The notes beneath the pieces are model-generated. The model was not told where the DNA came from. It searched no databases and saw nothing but the letters and a program-made list of their open reading frames with translations. A stretch of DNA of 16,485 bases from Bdellovibrionales bacterium (GTDB taxonomy: Bacteria > Bdellovibrionota > Bdellovibrionia > Bdellovibrionales > UBA1609), in NCBI GenBank assembly GCA_041690295.1, contig JAWLHR010000030.1:1-16485 (forward strand), written 5' to 3'. This document shows positions 1 through 7,360 of the stretch, piece by piece. Position 1 is the first letter of the stretch. Every line of letters starts with the position of its first letter. Made by a program: the position numbers and the translations under genes.

Positions 1-3
1 CTT

Positions 4-855
4 TTAATGTAAGACGTCGGTGGGGCTTCGTTGCGGCGGCTCGGGAGCCGCTTCCAATTCCAACCAGGCTTGCTGAAGTTCGGTGGGAGCTTGGGCCCGT
101 TCCACAAATGAAAAATAGCGTTTTAAATCGCTCAAGGCTTCGCGGGTGAAACCCAATTTCTGCCGGAGCAGCGCCCGTTCACCAAGGACCGAGGTGTTGG
201 TTTCGTCGATTTGTAAAAGCAGATCATAGATCACATGCAGGTGCGGTAAATTCTGCGTGGTCTCGAAAGCCTGCTTGAGCAATTCCAAATACTGGATCAT
301 CAGCTGCTTGGCGCTCCACACTTCCAAATTGGAGGCGGACCGATTGAGCACTTGGATCAGCTCCTGATCGGTGAGTGCACGACCTTCATTGTAAAGATCC
401 AGATAAATCGTCTTGCCCGAGCGCACCCATTTTAAAAGGAAATGATGGCGCGCTTGAATGAGAGCCAGGGGCAGATCCAAAACTTGCGCCAAGTGGAGCA
501 AAATAAAAACCACGGGCAGCGGATGGCCACGGCGTTCATCCAAAACATTCTTGATCAGAAGATCTTTGTCCAAAACTTCAGGCAGGCGATTCGATGTGAT
601 GTGAAAACCCTTATCGTCGAAAATCACCCGGCGTAGGGTTTCCCAGCGTTCCGCCTCGTTCAGGCCTTCGCACGCTTTCAAAACTTCAAAACCAAGGAAT
701 TGAATATTGCGGAAACACGTTTCAATATTGTCCTTAGGCCAAAGGATCGAGTTGATCCCGATGAGCAACGGCACCATGGAGCCGAAGTCTTCGTTGCGCA
801 AAAGCTTGAGTTCGAGAACAAGCTTTTCCCAGGTGAAACGCGTTTCGAATGTCAT
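4..855 (-). CDS. SirB1/transglutaminase-like (Transglut_core2) family protein with C-terminal TPR-like repeat
   Basis: 283 aa ORF. It has family-like motifs 'VIFDDKGF', 'VLDERRGHPLP', 'HHFLLKW' and 'YLDLYNEG', and a TPR-like C-terminus 'ERALLRQKLGFTREALSDLKRYF'. Confidence 0.8.
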   Translation of the reverse strand: MTFETRFTWEKLVLELKLLRNEDFGSMVPLLIGINSILWPKDNIETCFRNIQFLGFEVLKACEGLNEAERWETLRRVIFDDKGFHITSNRLPEVLDKDLLIKNVLDERRGHPLPVVFILLHLAQVLDLPLALIQARHHFLLKWVRSGKTIYLDLYNEGRALTDQELIQVLNRSASNLEVWSAKQLMIQYLELLKQAFETTQNLPHLHVIYDLLLQIDETNTSVLGERALLRQKLGFTREALSDLKRYFSFVERAQAPTELQQAWLELEAAPEPPQRSPTDVLH

Positions 856-908
856 ATACGCCCAGTAAAACCATTCTCTGAAAATACTTCAACATTTGCT
901 TTGGGGCT

Positions 909-938
909 TTGACATACATTGTCGAACGCTTGAACATT
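909..938 (+). promoter_or_regulatory. Putative sigma70 promoter for the PP2C-like gene (possibly leaderless)
   Basis: Perfect TTGACA at 909-914, an 18-nt spacer, then a weak -10 AACATT at 933-938. ATG 945 follows after 6 nt and has no SD. Confidence 0.45.
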
Positions 939-944
939 AATCGT

Positions 945-1841
945 ATGTCAAATTCCACGGAAGAAAAGCTACTCGCGCGAGTGGCCGAGTTGGAAATTGA
1001 GCTGAAGGAACGACAAGCCGATCTCAAACGGTTCCGCGACGAATTGGGCAAAGCCAATCAGCGTCTGGAAACATTGATCACCCGGCTCGATCATGAAATC
1101 CGGTTAGCGCATTTGATGCAAAAGATGCTGGTGCCCACGGAGTTCCCGCACATTCCCGGATTCGAGTTTTCAACCAAGTTCATGCCTAGCCTAAAAGCCG
1201 GGGGCGATTACTTTGACATCTTTGAACACGACGACCGGACCCGCTTTGGCGTGATCATGGCCAGCAGTTCGGGCCACTCGATGTCGGCCCTGCTATTGAG
1301 TGTACTTTTGCAAATGACCGGTCAACTGGAGGCGCGAAAAGGTTCCGAACCCCATCAGGTTTTACGGACCATGAGCGAGCAACTGGAGGGGAACTTCACT
1401 GACAACGACGAAGCCGATCTGTTCTACGCACTGATTGACCGCCGGACCTTCGACATGCGTTATGTGAAAGCCGGAAATCTGGTCACTTTGCATCACAGCT
1501 TCCTAAATCAGGAAGTAAAGAGCATTGACTCTAGTCTAGGTCCACTGACCAAAGGATTTGAACCGCCGGTTCAGTCGGACTCCATCAGTTTGAATCCCCG
1601 CGATCGTGTGGTGTTGTGCACTCGCGGCGTCATTGAAGCCCGTAATTCCGAAGGTGAAAACTACGGTCTTGAACGAGTGACTCGCAGTTTCTTAAGCGGT
1701 CCCAAAAAAGGCGTGCACGAACTCCGCAACCATATCCTTTACGAGGTTCAAAAATTCACCGGTCTTAGCGAACCCGCCCGTGACCAGACGGTCGTGGTCA
1801 TTGAGGTTAAGGACAAAGTCATCAAGCTCGCCAAGAGCTAA
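945..1841 (+). CDS. SpoIIE/RsbU-like PP2C-family protein with N-terminal coiled coil (catalytic motifs degenerate)
   Basis: Coiled-coil N-terminus followed by 'AHLMQKMLVP', 'GGDYFD', 'SSSGHS', 'LCTRGVIEARN' and 'RDQTVVVI', the SpoIIE motif order. ATG 945 is preferred because TTG 909 coincides with a -35 box. Confidence 0.85.
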   Translation: MSNSTEEKLLARVAELEIELKERQADLKRFRDELGKANQRLETLITRLDHEIRLAHLMQKMLVPTEFPHIPGFEFSTKFMPSLKAGGDYFDIFEHDDRTRFGVIMASSSGHSMSALLLSVLLQMTGQLEARKGSEPHQVLRTMSEQLEGNFTDNDEADLFYALIDRRTFDMRYVKAGNLVTLHHSFLNQEVKSIDSSLGPLTKGFEPPVQSDSISLNPRDRVVLCTRGVIEARNSEGENYGLERVTRSFLSGPKKGVHELRNHILYEVQKFTGLSEPARDQTVVVIEVKDKVIKLAKS

Positions 1842-1902
1842 AGATGGACCTGGAGAGCGCTTTTCGGTAACATGGGTGTGTTTCCTCAAGAAAGGATTTC
1901 GC

Positions 1903-3036
1903 ATGCCAGAAGTATACTCCGGAGCGGTTGATAAAGGTCTCGAAGGCGTCGTCGCTTGTACAACCGCGATTTCCTCCATCGTGGATGCCACTCTCTGTTA
2001 CCGTGGATACACGATCGAGGACTTGGCGGCACATTCCAACTTCGAGGAAACCGTATTTCTCTTGTGGGAAAACCGATTGCCGAAAAGCAATGAACTGGAA
2101 GCGTTTCGCAAGCAAATCGGCGAAAACATGAATCTCACGCCCGAGCAGATCCAAGTGCTCAAACAGTTGCCGACGAAAAATGTGCACCCGATGGCCTGGT
2201 TGCGTACGGCCGTGTCGCTGATGGCTCTGTGGGATGAAGAATCGCAAAGCCAGGACCCCGAAGCGCGCAAACGGGTGGCGGTGCGCTTGACCGCGAAGCT
2301 GGGAACATTGGTGGCGATGTTTGACCGCGTGCGCGCGGGCAAAGACCCGGTGAAACCGCAGCCGGGTAAAAATATCGCCTGGAATTTTCTTTATATGTTA
2401 AGCGGTTCGGAGCCGGATCCGGAGATCGCGAAGGATTTTGATACGTGTTTGATTTTGCACGCCGACCACGAGTTGAACTGTTCGGCCTTCGCCGCCCGAG
2501 TCACCGCTTCCTCGCTCAGCGATATTTACTCGGCGGTGACCAGCGCCATCGGCGCTTTGAAAGGCCCCCTTCATGGCGGCGCTAATGAGCAGGTGATGCT
2601 CATGCTCAAAGACATCGGCTCCATGGATGCCGCCCGTGTGTGGATCAAAGAGGCGTTGGCGGAAAAGAAAAAGGTGATGGGCTTCGGTCACCGGGTTTAC
2701 AAAAACGGCGACCCGCGCGCCAAGGTGCTTTCGCAGTTGAGTGAGAAACTCACCAAGAAAAGCGGCCAACCTCACTGGTACGAGATGTCCAAAGAAATCG
2801 ACGATATGATGCAAAAAGAAAAAGGCCTGTTGCCGAACGTCGATTTTTATTCGGCCACCGTTTACTACAGCATGGGAATCCCCATTGATATCTACACGCC
2901 GATTTTCGCGGTCTCGCGGATTTCAGGATGGCTGGCCCATATCTTCGAACAATATTCCAACAACCGGATTTATCGTCCGCGCGGTCAATGGACCGGTAAA
3001 GAGGGCCTTAAATGGGTGCCTCCGGAGCAGCGCTGA
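1903..3036 (+). CDS. citZ: Citrate synthase, short CitZ-type (citrate/2-methylcitrate synthase family)
   Basis: 377 aa from ATG 1903, with an SD-like AAGGA at 1892-1896. Motifs are KGLEGVV, LHADHELN, LKGPLHGGANE, MGFGHRVYK-DPR and PNVDFY. LHADHELN resembles CitZ more than PrpC (LYAEHEFN). Confidence 0.93.
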   Translation: MPEVYSGAVDKGLEGVVACTTAISSIVDATLCYRGYTIEDLAAHSNFEETVFLLWENRLPKSNELEAFRKQIGENMNLTPEQIQVLKQLPTKNVHPMAWLRTAVSLMALWDEESQSQDPEARKRVAVRLTAKLGTLVAMFDRVRAGKDPVKPQPGKNIAWNFLYMLSGSEPDPEIAKDFDTCLILHADHELNCSAFAARVTASSLSDIYSAVTSAIGALKGPLHGGANEQVMLMLKDIGSMDAARVWIKEALAEKKKVMGFGHRVYKNGDPRAKVLSQLSEKLTKKSGQPHWYEMSKEIDDMMQKEKGLLPNVDFYSATVYYSMGIPIDIYTPIFAVSRISGWLAHIFEQYSNNRIYRPRGQWTGKEGLKWVPPEQR

Positions 3037-3067
3037 GACGTCTCATTTTGGGATTCTTGCCCAAGAT
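3034..3067. repeat. 12-bp palindrome plus adjacent hairpin right after the citrate synthase stop
   Basis: TGAGACGTCTCA (3034-3045) is self-complementary. ATTTTGGG (3045-3052) can pair with CCCAAGAT (3060-3067) with one G-U pair. Confidence 0.45.
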
Positions 3068-3091
3068 ATCGACAATTCCAGTTTGATTCAA

Positions 3092-3105
3092 AAGACTTAA
3101 GTCTT
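3092..3105. promoter_or_regulatory. Perfect 14-bp palindrome, candidate operator upstream of the PilZ gene
   Basis: AAGACTTAAGTCTT equals its own reverse complement. It is intergenic and lies just before a sigma28-like GCCGACGA (3108-3115). Confidence 0.4.
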
Positions 3106-3176
3106 GTGCCGACGAGATGAAAGTAGAGTTTACCGCGGAGGAGTGAAGGTCTTCGCGGCACGTTTCGGGGGCGTTT

Positions 3177-3863
3177 ATGCACAGAATTTTACTTTCTTGT
3201 AATTCCGTCGATGACGCGAACTTCCTGAAAAACTACTTGGAATCAGAGCTTCCCTACGAAGTGGTCCTGGCTTCCAGTCATAAAGAGATTCCGGGTTTGC
3301 TTAAAGGCAAAACGGTTCATCTTTTGATGATGCAAACCGGTCAGCTGGCGAAACTGGATATTCAGTACGCGCTCGGCCTCCGGCAAGACGGATTCAACTA
3401 TCCGATGATGATCATCACGGATTCATTGGGCGACTTGCGAATCGAAGAGATCAGTGAGAAGCAAAGAATTTATTTTCTGGAACGGCCGTTTGAGTTGCGT
3501 ACCTTCAAAGGACTGACCAAAAAATTGATGATCGCGAAGTCGGTGCCGCAACAGGTGTACCGCAGATTTCGGACCAATATTTCGGCCACTCTTGAGACTT
3601 TTATTTCCGGCGAAAAATATGAAACCCACATGTTCAATCTTTCCAAAGGCGGCGCTTATTTTGAAATGACCAAGCGACCGGCCGTGGGTGTGGGTGATCT
3701 TTTACGATTGAAAGTTCAATCCGCCGACCTGGAGCGTGAGCACCAGATTCATGGTCGCATCATTTGGACGACGCATAAGGGCCATGCGGCCGGCGGATAC
3801 GGACTGGGCGTGAAATTCATGAAGAGCACGGATATTTATCGCAGTTTGCTCGATAAAGTGTAA
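3177..3863 (+). CDS. PilZ domain protein with N-terminal degenerate receiver (REC)-like domain
   Basis: The N-terminus has a REC-like pattern (RILLSC, HLLMMQ, PMMIITD, YFLERPF). The C-terminus has PilZ features 'NLSKGGAYF', 'GRIIW' and 'GYGLGVKF'. Confidence 0.82.
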   Translation: MHRILLSCNSVDDANFLKNYLESELPYEVVLASSHKEIPGLLKGKTVHLLMMQTGQLAKLDIQYALGLRQDGFNYPMMIITDSLGDLRIEEISEKQRIYFLERPFELRTFKGLTKKLMIAKSVPQQVYRRFRTNISATLETFISGEKYETHMFNLSKGGAYFEMTKRPAVGVGDLLRLKVQSADLEREHQIHGRIIWTTHKGHAAGGYGLGVKFMKSTDIYRSLLDKV

Positions 3864-3875
3864 TTCTCCCGCTTC

Positions 3876-4580
3876 ATGAAGTATTTCGCCATCGATGAAG
3901 ACGAACATTTTTTAGCTTTGACATTTTCCGCCCCGGGTACGGCGAACGCTTTCAGCGTCGACGCCGCCCGGGAAATAATTAAAATCCTCAAAAAATATAA
4001 AACTTGGACCAAACCCGTGGTGGTCAAAAGCGGGCATCCTTCGGTCTTTTGTTCCGGCGGCAATCTGAATGATTACCGCCGCATGAAGACCAAAGCTGAA
4101 GGTTTGAAAACCAATCGTGAAATCACCAAGAGCCTTAATGAGTTCGCGAAGTGGCGGCCGGCCAAATTGGCGATCGTCACCGGGGATTGTTTGGGCGGTG
4201 GAATGGAGTGGTTGGCGCGATTTGATTTCAGGTGGGCGACTCCCGGCGCCATGTTTTCGTTTTGGCAACGGCGCATCGGACTCTCCACCGGGTGGGGTGG
4301 CGGTGAATGGTGGGCGAGAGCCTTGGGTGAATCCCGGGTGCGGCAACTTCTTCTTGAGGCCGAATGGATGACGGCGCAAACCGCGAAGAGCTGGGGGCTG
4401 GTGGATCGAGTGCTCCCTCTGTGGAAGGTCGACACCGCGCTTCGATCGTGGTCGCAAAATATGGATCATCCGGTGGTGAGTGAACTCACCCCATGGCAAC
4501 CGAATCAGGAAGCCAAAGTTTTTAACCGTCTCTGGCTTGGCCCCTATCACGCGTCAGTTCTGAAATCCTGGCGCCGCTGA
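3876..4580 (+). CDS. Enoyl-CoA hydratase/isomerase (crotonase) superfamily protein
   Basis: Motifs 'P-GTANAF', 'FCSGGNL', 'GDCLGGGME', 'DFR', 'IGLSTGWGG' and 'AKSWGLVDRV'. Confidence 0.88.
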   Translation: MKYFAIDEDEHFLALTFSAPGTANAFSVDAAREIIKILKKYKTWTKPVVVKSGHPSVFCSGGNLNDYRRMKTKAEGLKTNREITKSLNEFAKWRPAKLAIVTGDCLGGGMEWLARFDFRWATPGAMFSFWQRRIGLSTGWGGGEWWARALGESRVRQLLLEAEWMTAQTAKSWGLVDRVLPLWKVDTALRSWSQNMDHPVVSELTPWQPNQEAKVFNRLWLGPYHASVLKSWRR

Positions 4581-4667
4581 AATAGGCAAATCGGCGGCCT
4601 AGCGCGTCTTTACAAGTTTGATCCGGCTTAAATACCGTCGTTTATTACCGGTGATGGGGGGGACAGC

Positions 4668-5867
4668 ATGAAGCTGGGTTATTTTGTCGCGGTCATAACC
4701 GCGTTGGGTTTTAGTCTTTCAGCACAAGCCGAAGACAGATGGATCATCAAAAACGCTCTCGTTCTTCCGAAGAACGTGAAAGTGGTGAAGACGATCACCT
4801 TCGGTGAGGACATTTATCACATCGTCAAAAGCGAAAAATCACAAAGTGATCTCCGTTTTGCTTTCAAGGCGGACTCGGTGATTCGCGATGCTCGCATTGG
4901 ATTGGACGTGCCGCCCCCGGCGGTCCCGGCCGTGCAAGAGGGCTGGCATGTTCGCCGTATGAATTACGATCGGATTCCCAATGGAATCAATGGTGAGGGC
5001 GTCGTTGTGGCGGTGCTCGATACGGGAGTGGCCCTCGATCACGAGTCGCTGGCGAATCATCTCTGGGTGAATACCGGCGAAATTCCCAACAACGGCATCG
5101 ATGACGATAAAAATGGTTATATCGATGATGTGAACGGCTGGGATTTCACGGATCGGGATTCCGATCCCCGAGATCAATATGGTCATGGCACTCACTGCGC
5201 CGGTATTGTCGCCGCGGACAAATGGCGTAACGGAACTTCGCGCGGTGTGGCCCCCGGGGCCAAAATCATGGCCGTGCGAATTATCGGACGTAAAATGGAG
5301 GGCTTTTTGTCTGACGCCGCCGAAGGCATCAAGTACGCGGTGGACAACGGCGCTCAAGTGCTATCGAATTCGTGGCGGGTTTACGGGAGCTGGGGATTTG
5401 AAGACAAAGACGCGGATATTCTTTTCCAAGCCATCAAGTACGCCGAATCGAAAAACGTGATCTTCGTGGCGGCCGCGGGTAACGAAGCCCGCGACATTTC
5501 CAAGGGAATTGATCCCATTTATCCGGCGGGGATGGTGGGGCTTTCCAATATGTTGATCGTGGCGGCCACCGAAGAGGGTGATGTCTTGGCCGACTATTCA
5601 AATTACGGCGCCAATAATGTCGCGGTGGCCGCACCGGGATCGGAAATTTATTCCACCGTCTTGGATAACAAGTGGGAAGCTTACAGCGGAACCAGCATGG
5701 CCACACCGCTTGTGGCCGGTGTGATCGCTTTGGGGCTGCAAAAAGGACTCACGCCGATCGCCGCCAAGAACAACCTGATCTCCACTTCCTTTAAGGACAG
5801 CAAACTGGAAGGAAAGGTGTCGTCCGGCGGGATTGTCGATATCATTAATTATATTCGATCACGCTAA
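4668..5867 (+). CDS. Secreted S8 family (subtilisin-like) serine protease
   Basis: Signal peptide ending AQA and a short propeptide. Catalytic motifs are VAVLDTG, HGTHCAG and SGTSMATP, with oxyanion motif AAAGN and the 'NGIDDDKNGYIDDVNGWDF' insertion. A G-rich SD lies at 4656-4663. Confidence 0.95.
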   Translation: MKLGYFVAVITALGFSLSAQAEDRWIIKNALVLPKNVKVVKTITFGEDIYHIVKSEKSQSDLRFAFKADSVIRDARIGLDVPPPAVPAVQEGWHVRRMNYDRIPNGINGEGVVVAVLDTGVALDHESLANHLWVNTGEIPNNGIDDDKNGYIDDVNGWDFTDRDSDPRDQYGHGTHCAGIVAADKWRNGTSRGVAPGAKIMAVRIIGRKMEGFLSDAAEGIKYAVDNGAQVLSNSWRVYGSWGFEDKDADILFQAIKYAESKNVIFVAAAGNEARDISKGIDPIYPAGMVGLSNMLIVAATEEGDVLADYSNYGANNVAVAAPGSEIYSTVLDNKWEAYSGTSMATPLVAGVIALGLQKGLTPIAAKNNLISTSFKDSKLEGKVSSGGIVDIINYIRSR

Positions 5868-5883
5868 GCTTATACGGATCGCG

Positions 5884-6546
5884 CTAAGCCATCTCGACAA
5901 GTTCATGGATGGCTTTGCGCACGCCCGTAAAAACCTCAAACGGTGTGGCGTTTCCGAACATATACGCCGGCGTGGTGATGATTCGATGTTCACGGTCCGT
6001 GACAAAGTCATCCACGTCGCAATCTTCGTGCAAAGCGCCGGTTTTTAAGATTTCCGCTGTGGTGACCGCGTCGTTCTTGCCGATCGTCACCGTGATTTTG
6101 TGCTGACCCAGAACGCGCGCGATCAACGCGGGCGCGATGCAAATGGCCGCGATGGGTTTTTGCTGGCCGTAGAAATCAAGAATCACTCTTTCCACATCGG
6201 GATCCACTTCACATTGCGCTCCCGTGCGTGCCCATGTGCAGAGATTCACAGCCGCACCGAATCCGCCGGGAAATACAAGGCCGTCGTAATCGGCGGCGCG
6301 AAGTTCTTTAATATTCTTGATGTTACCGCGCGCGATGCGGGCCGATTCGGTGAGTATATTTCGGGTCTGCTCCAGTTTGTTTTGCGAGCCGTTCAACGGG
6401 TCCACCACGGTGAAATCCCGATTGGGGGCGAACACCTGATATTGGGCTTTGGCTTCGCTCAGCGCGATCAACGAGCTGACCGCCTCGGTGATTTCCGTTC
6501 CATCTTTATGACCACAACCTGAAAGAACAACCGCGAATTTTTTCAT
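5884..6546 (-). CDS. elbB: ElbB glyoxalase (DJ-1/PfpI, ES1-like family)
   Basis: Motifs 'AVVLSGCGHKDGTEITEAV', 'RNILTESARIARG', 'FPGGFGAA', 'ICIAP' and 'TTPAYM'. SD GGGAG upstream. Confidence 0.93.
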   Translation of the reverse strand: MKKFAVVLSGCGHKDGTEITEAVSSLIALSEAKAQYQVFAPNRDFTVVDPLNGSQNKLEQTRNILTESARIARGNIKNIKELRAADYDGLVFPGGFGAAVNLCTWARTGAQCEVDPDVERVILDFYGQQKPIAAICIAPALIARVLGQHKITVTIGKNDAVTTAEILKTGALHEDCDVDDFVTDREHRIITTPAYMFGNATPFEVFTGVRKAIHELVEMA

Positions 6547-6583
6547 AAGAGATCTCCCGAAACTGTTTGGCTTACATTAAGCA

Positions 6584-7360
6584 CTATTTCTGGAAATCTT
6601 CAAGAATTTGGCAGTCGCGCACGTAAACGGAGCGGCCGGAAATGGGAACGTAGGTGCTTTGACAATTGCTAATCAAAAGCCCTGACCATTCATCCAATCC
6701 GCTGCCGAAGGGAAGAAAAGGAGTGGCGGCGCTGAATGTGAAATCCACGGCCACTTTGGTGAAGTCCTTGTCGTTTTTCCACTGCACGAGATCAAACTGT
6801 ACGTACCGCACGGGCAGTTCACAGGGGTTCAAGCCGCCGCAGTCCGGTTTGGCGCGCACGAGCGCGGGCGGAGGAAGAACGGCCGCTGATTTGCGCAGCC
6901 GGTGATAAGTGATGCGCTCGGTTGATTTGGCGTTCGCTTTCGCGAACATTTGGCCGCTGGGAATCAGCACCGGTTTCGACACATCAATCCAATCTTCGCT
7001 GGTTTTCGGTTTGAACGTGTTATCCGCCATCCTCTCCTGCCGCTCGATGAGCAGGGGAAAACGAATGAAGGTGCCGTTGTCCGTCGGCTCTTGAACGGTG
7101 ACCTTCAACGAGCCGAGGAGAATCGTGGTCTCCTCGTTTTCAATCCGGCGATTGATGTTATAGGTCAGGTATTGGCCCTCGCGAAGGTTATCCAGCGTCA
7201 CGCCTTCCGTGCCCCACATCAGAGCCGCGTCAAGTTCTTCCCTGGAAACCTCAGGTCCTAAATCCGCCGGTTCCTCTTTCGCCCGCATGCAACCCATCAG
7301 CAGGGACACCAAAGCCGGAAGAATCAAAACCAAACCGAAATGAATCCAGGACAAAATCAT
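6584..7360 (-). CDS. Hypothetical lipoprotein
   Basis: ATG 7360 overlaps the GNAT stop as ATGA. A hydrophobic signal ends in lipobox-like LLMG-C24, with four more Cys in the C-terminal half. No family recognised. Confidence 0.7.
   Translation of the reverse strand: MILSWIHFGLVLILPALVSLLMGCMRAKEEPADLGPEVSREELDAALMWGTEGVTLDNLREGQYLTYNINRRIENEETTILLGSLKVTVQEPTDNGTFIRFPLLIERQERMADNTFKPKTSEDWIDVSKPVLIPSGQMFAKANAKSTERITYHRLRKSAAVLPPPALVRAKPDCGGLNPCELPVRYVQFDLVQWKNDKDFTKVAVDFTFSAATPFLPFGSGLDEWSGLLISNCQSTYVPISGRSVYVRDCQILEDFQK

Noticed and set aside
4..855. Missing catalytic Cys in the transglutaminase-like protein
   Set aside because: Absence of this Cys is usual for SirB1/Transglut_core2 proteins, so it is not a novelty here.
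1780..1902. N-terminal extensions in the ORF track (citrate synthase 1780, nth 8439, doxX 9103, thiQ 12101, lipoprotein 7384, PP2C 909)
   Set aside because: They overlap neighbouring genes or promoter boxes. Downstream starts fit family lengths, SD motifs or stop-start coupling better.
1903..3036. 2-methylcitrate synthase (prpC) and a propionate pathway with the crotonase
   Set aside because: There is no prpB or prpD in the window, and the LHADHELN motif is CitZ-like. Dual activity cannot be excluded but is unsupported.
4583..4601. TAGGC...GCCTA hairpin after the crotonase gene as a terminator
   Set aside because: The stem is only 5 bp with a 9-nt loop and no adjacent U-tract.
4656..4662. 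G7 tract upstream of the S8 protease as a phase-variation switch
   Set aside because: It is short and sits at the SD position, so it is more simply explained as the ribosome-binding site.
5089..5150. Repeat-like NNGIDDDKNGYIDDVNG coding stretch
   Set aside because: This is a common insertion motif in S8 proteases, not a DNA repeat element.
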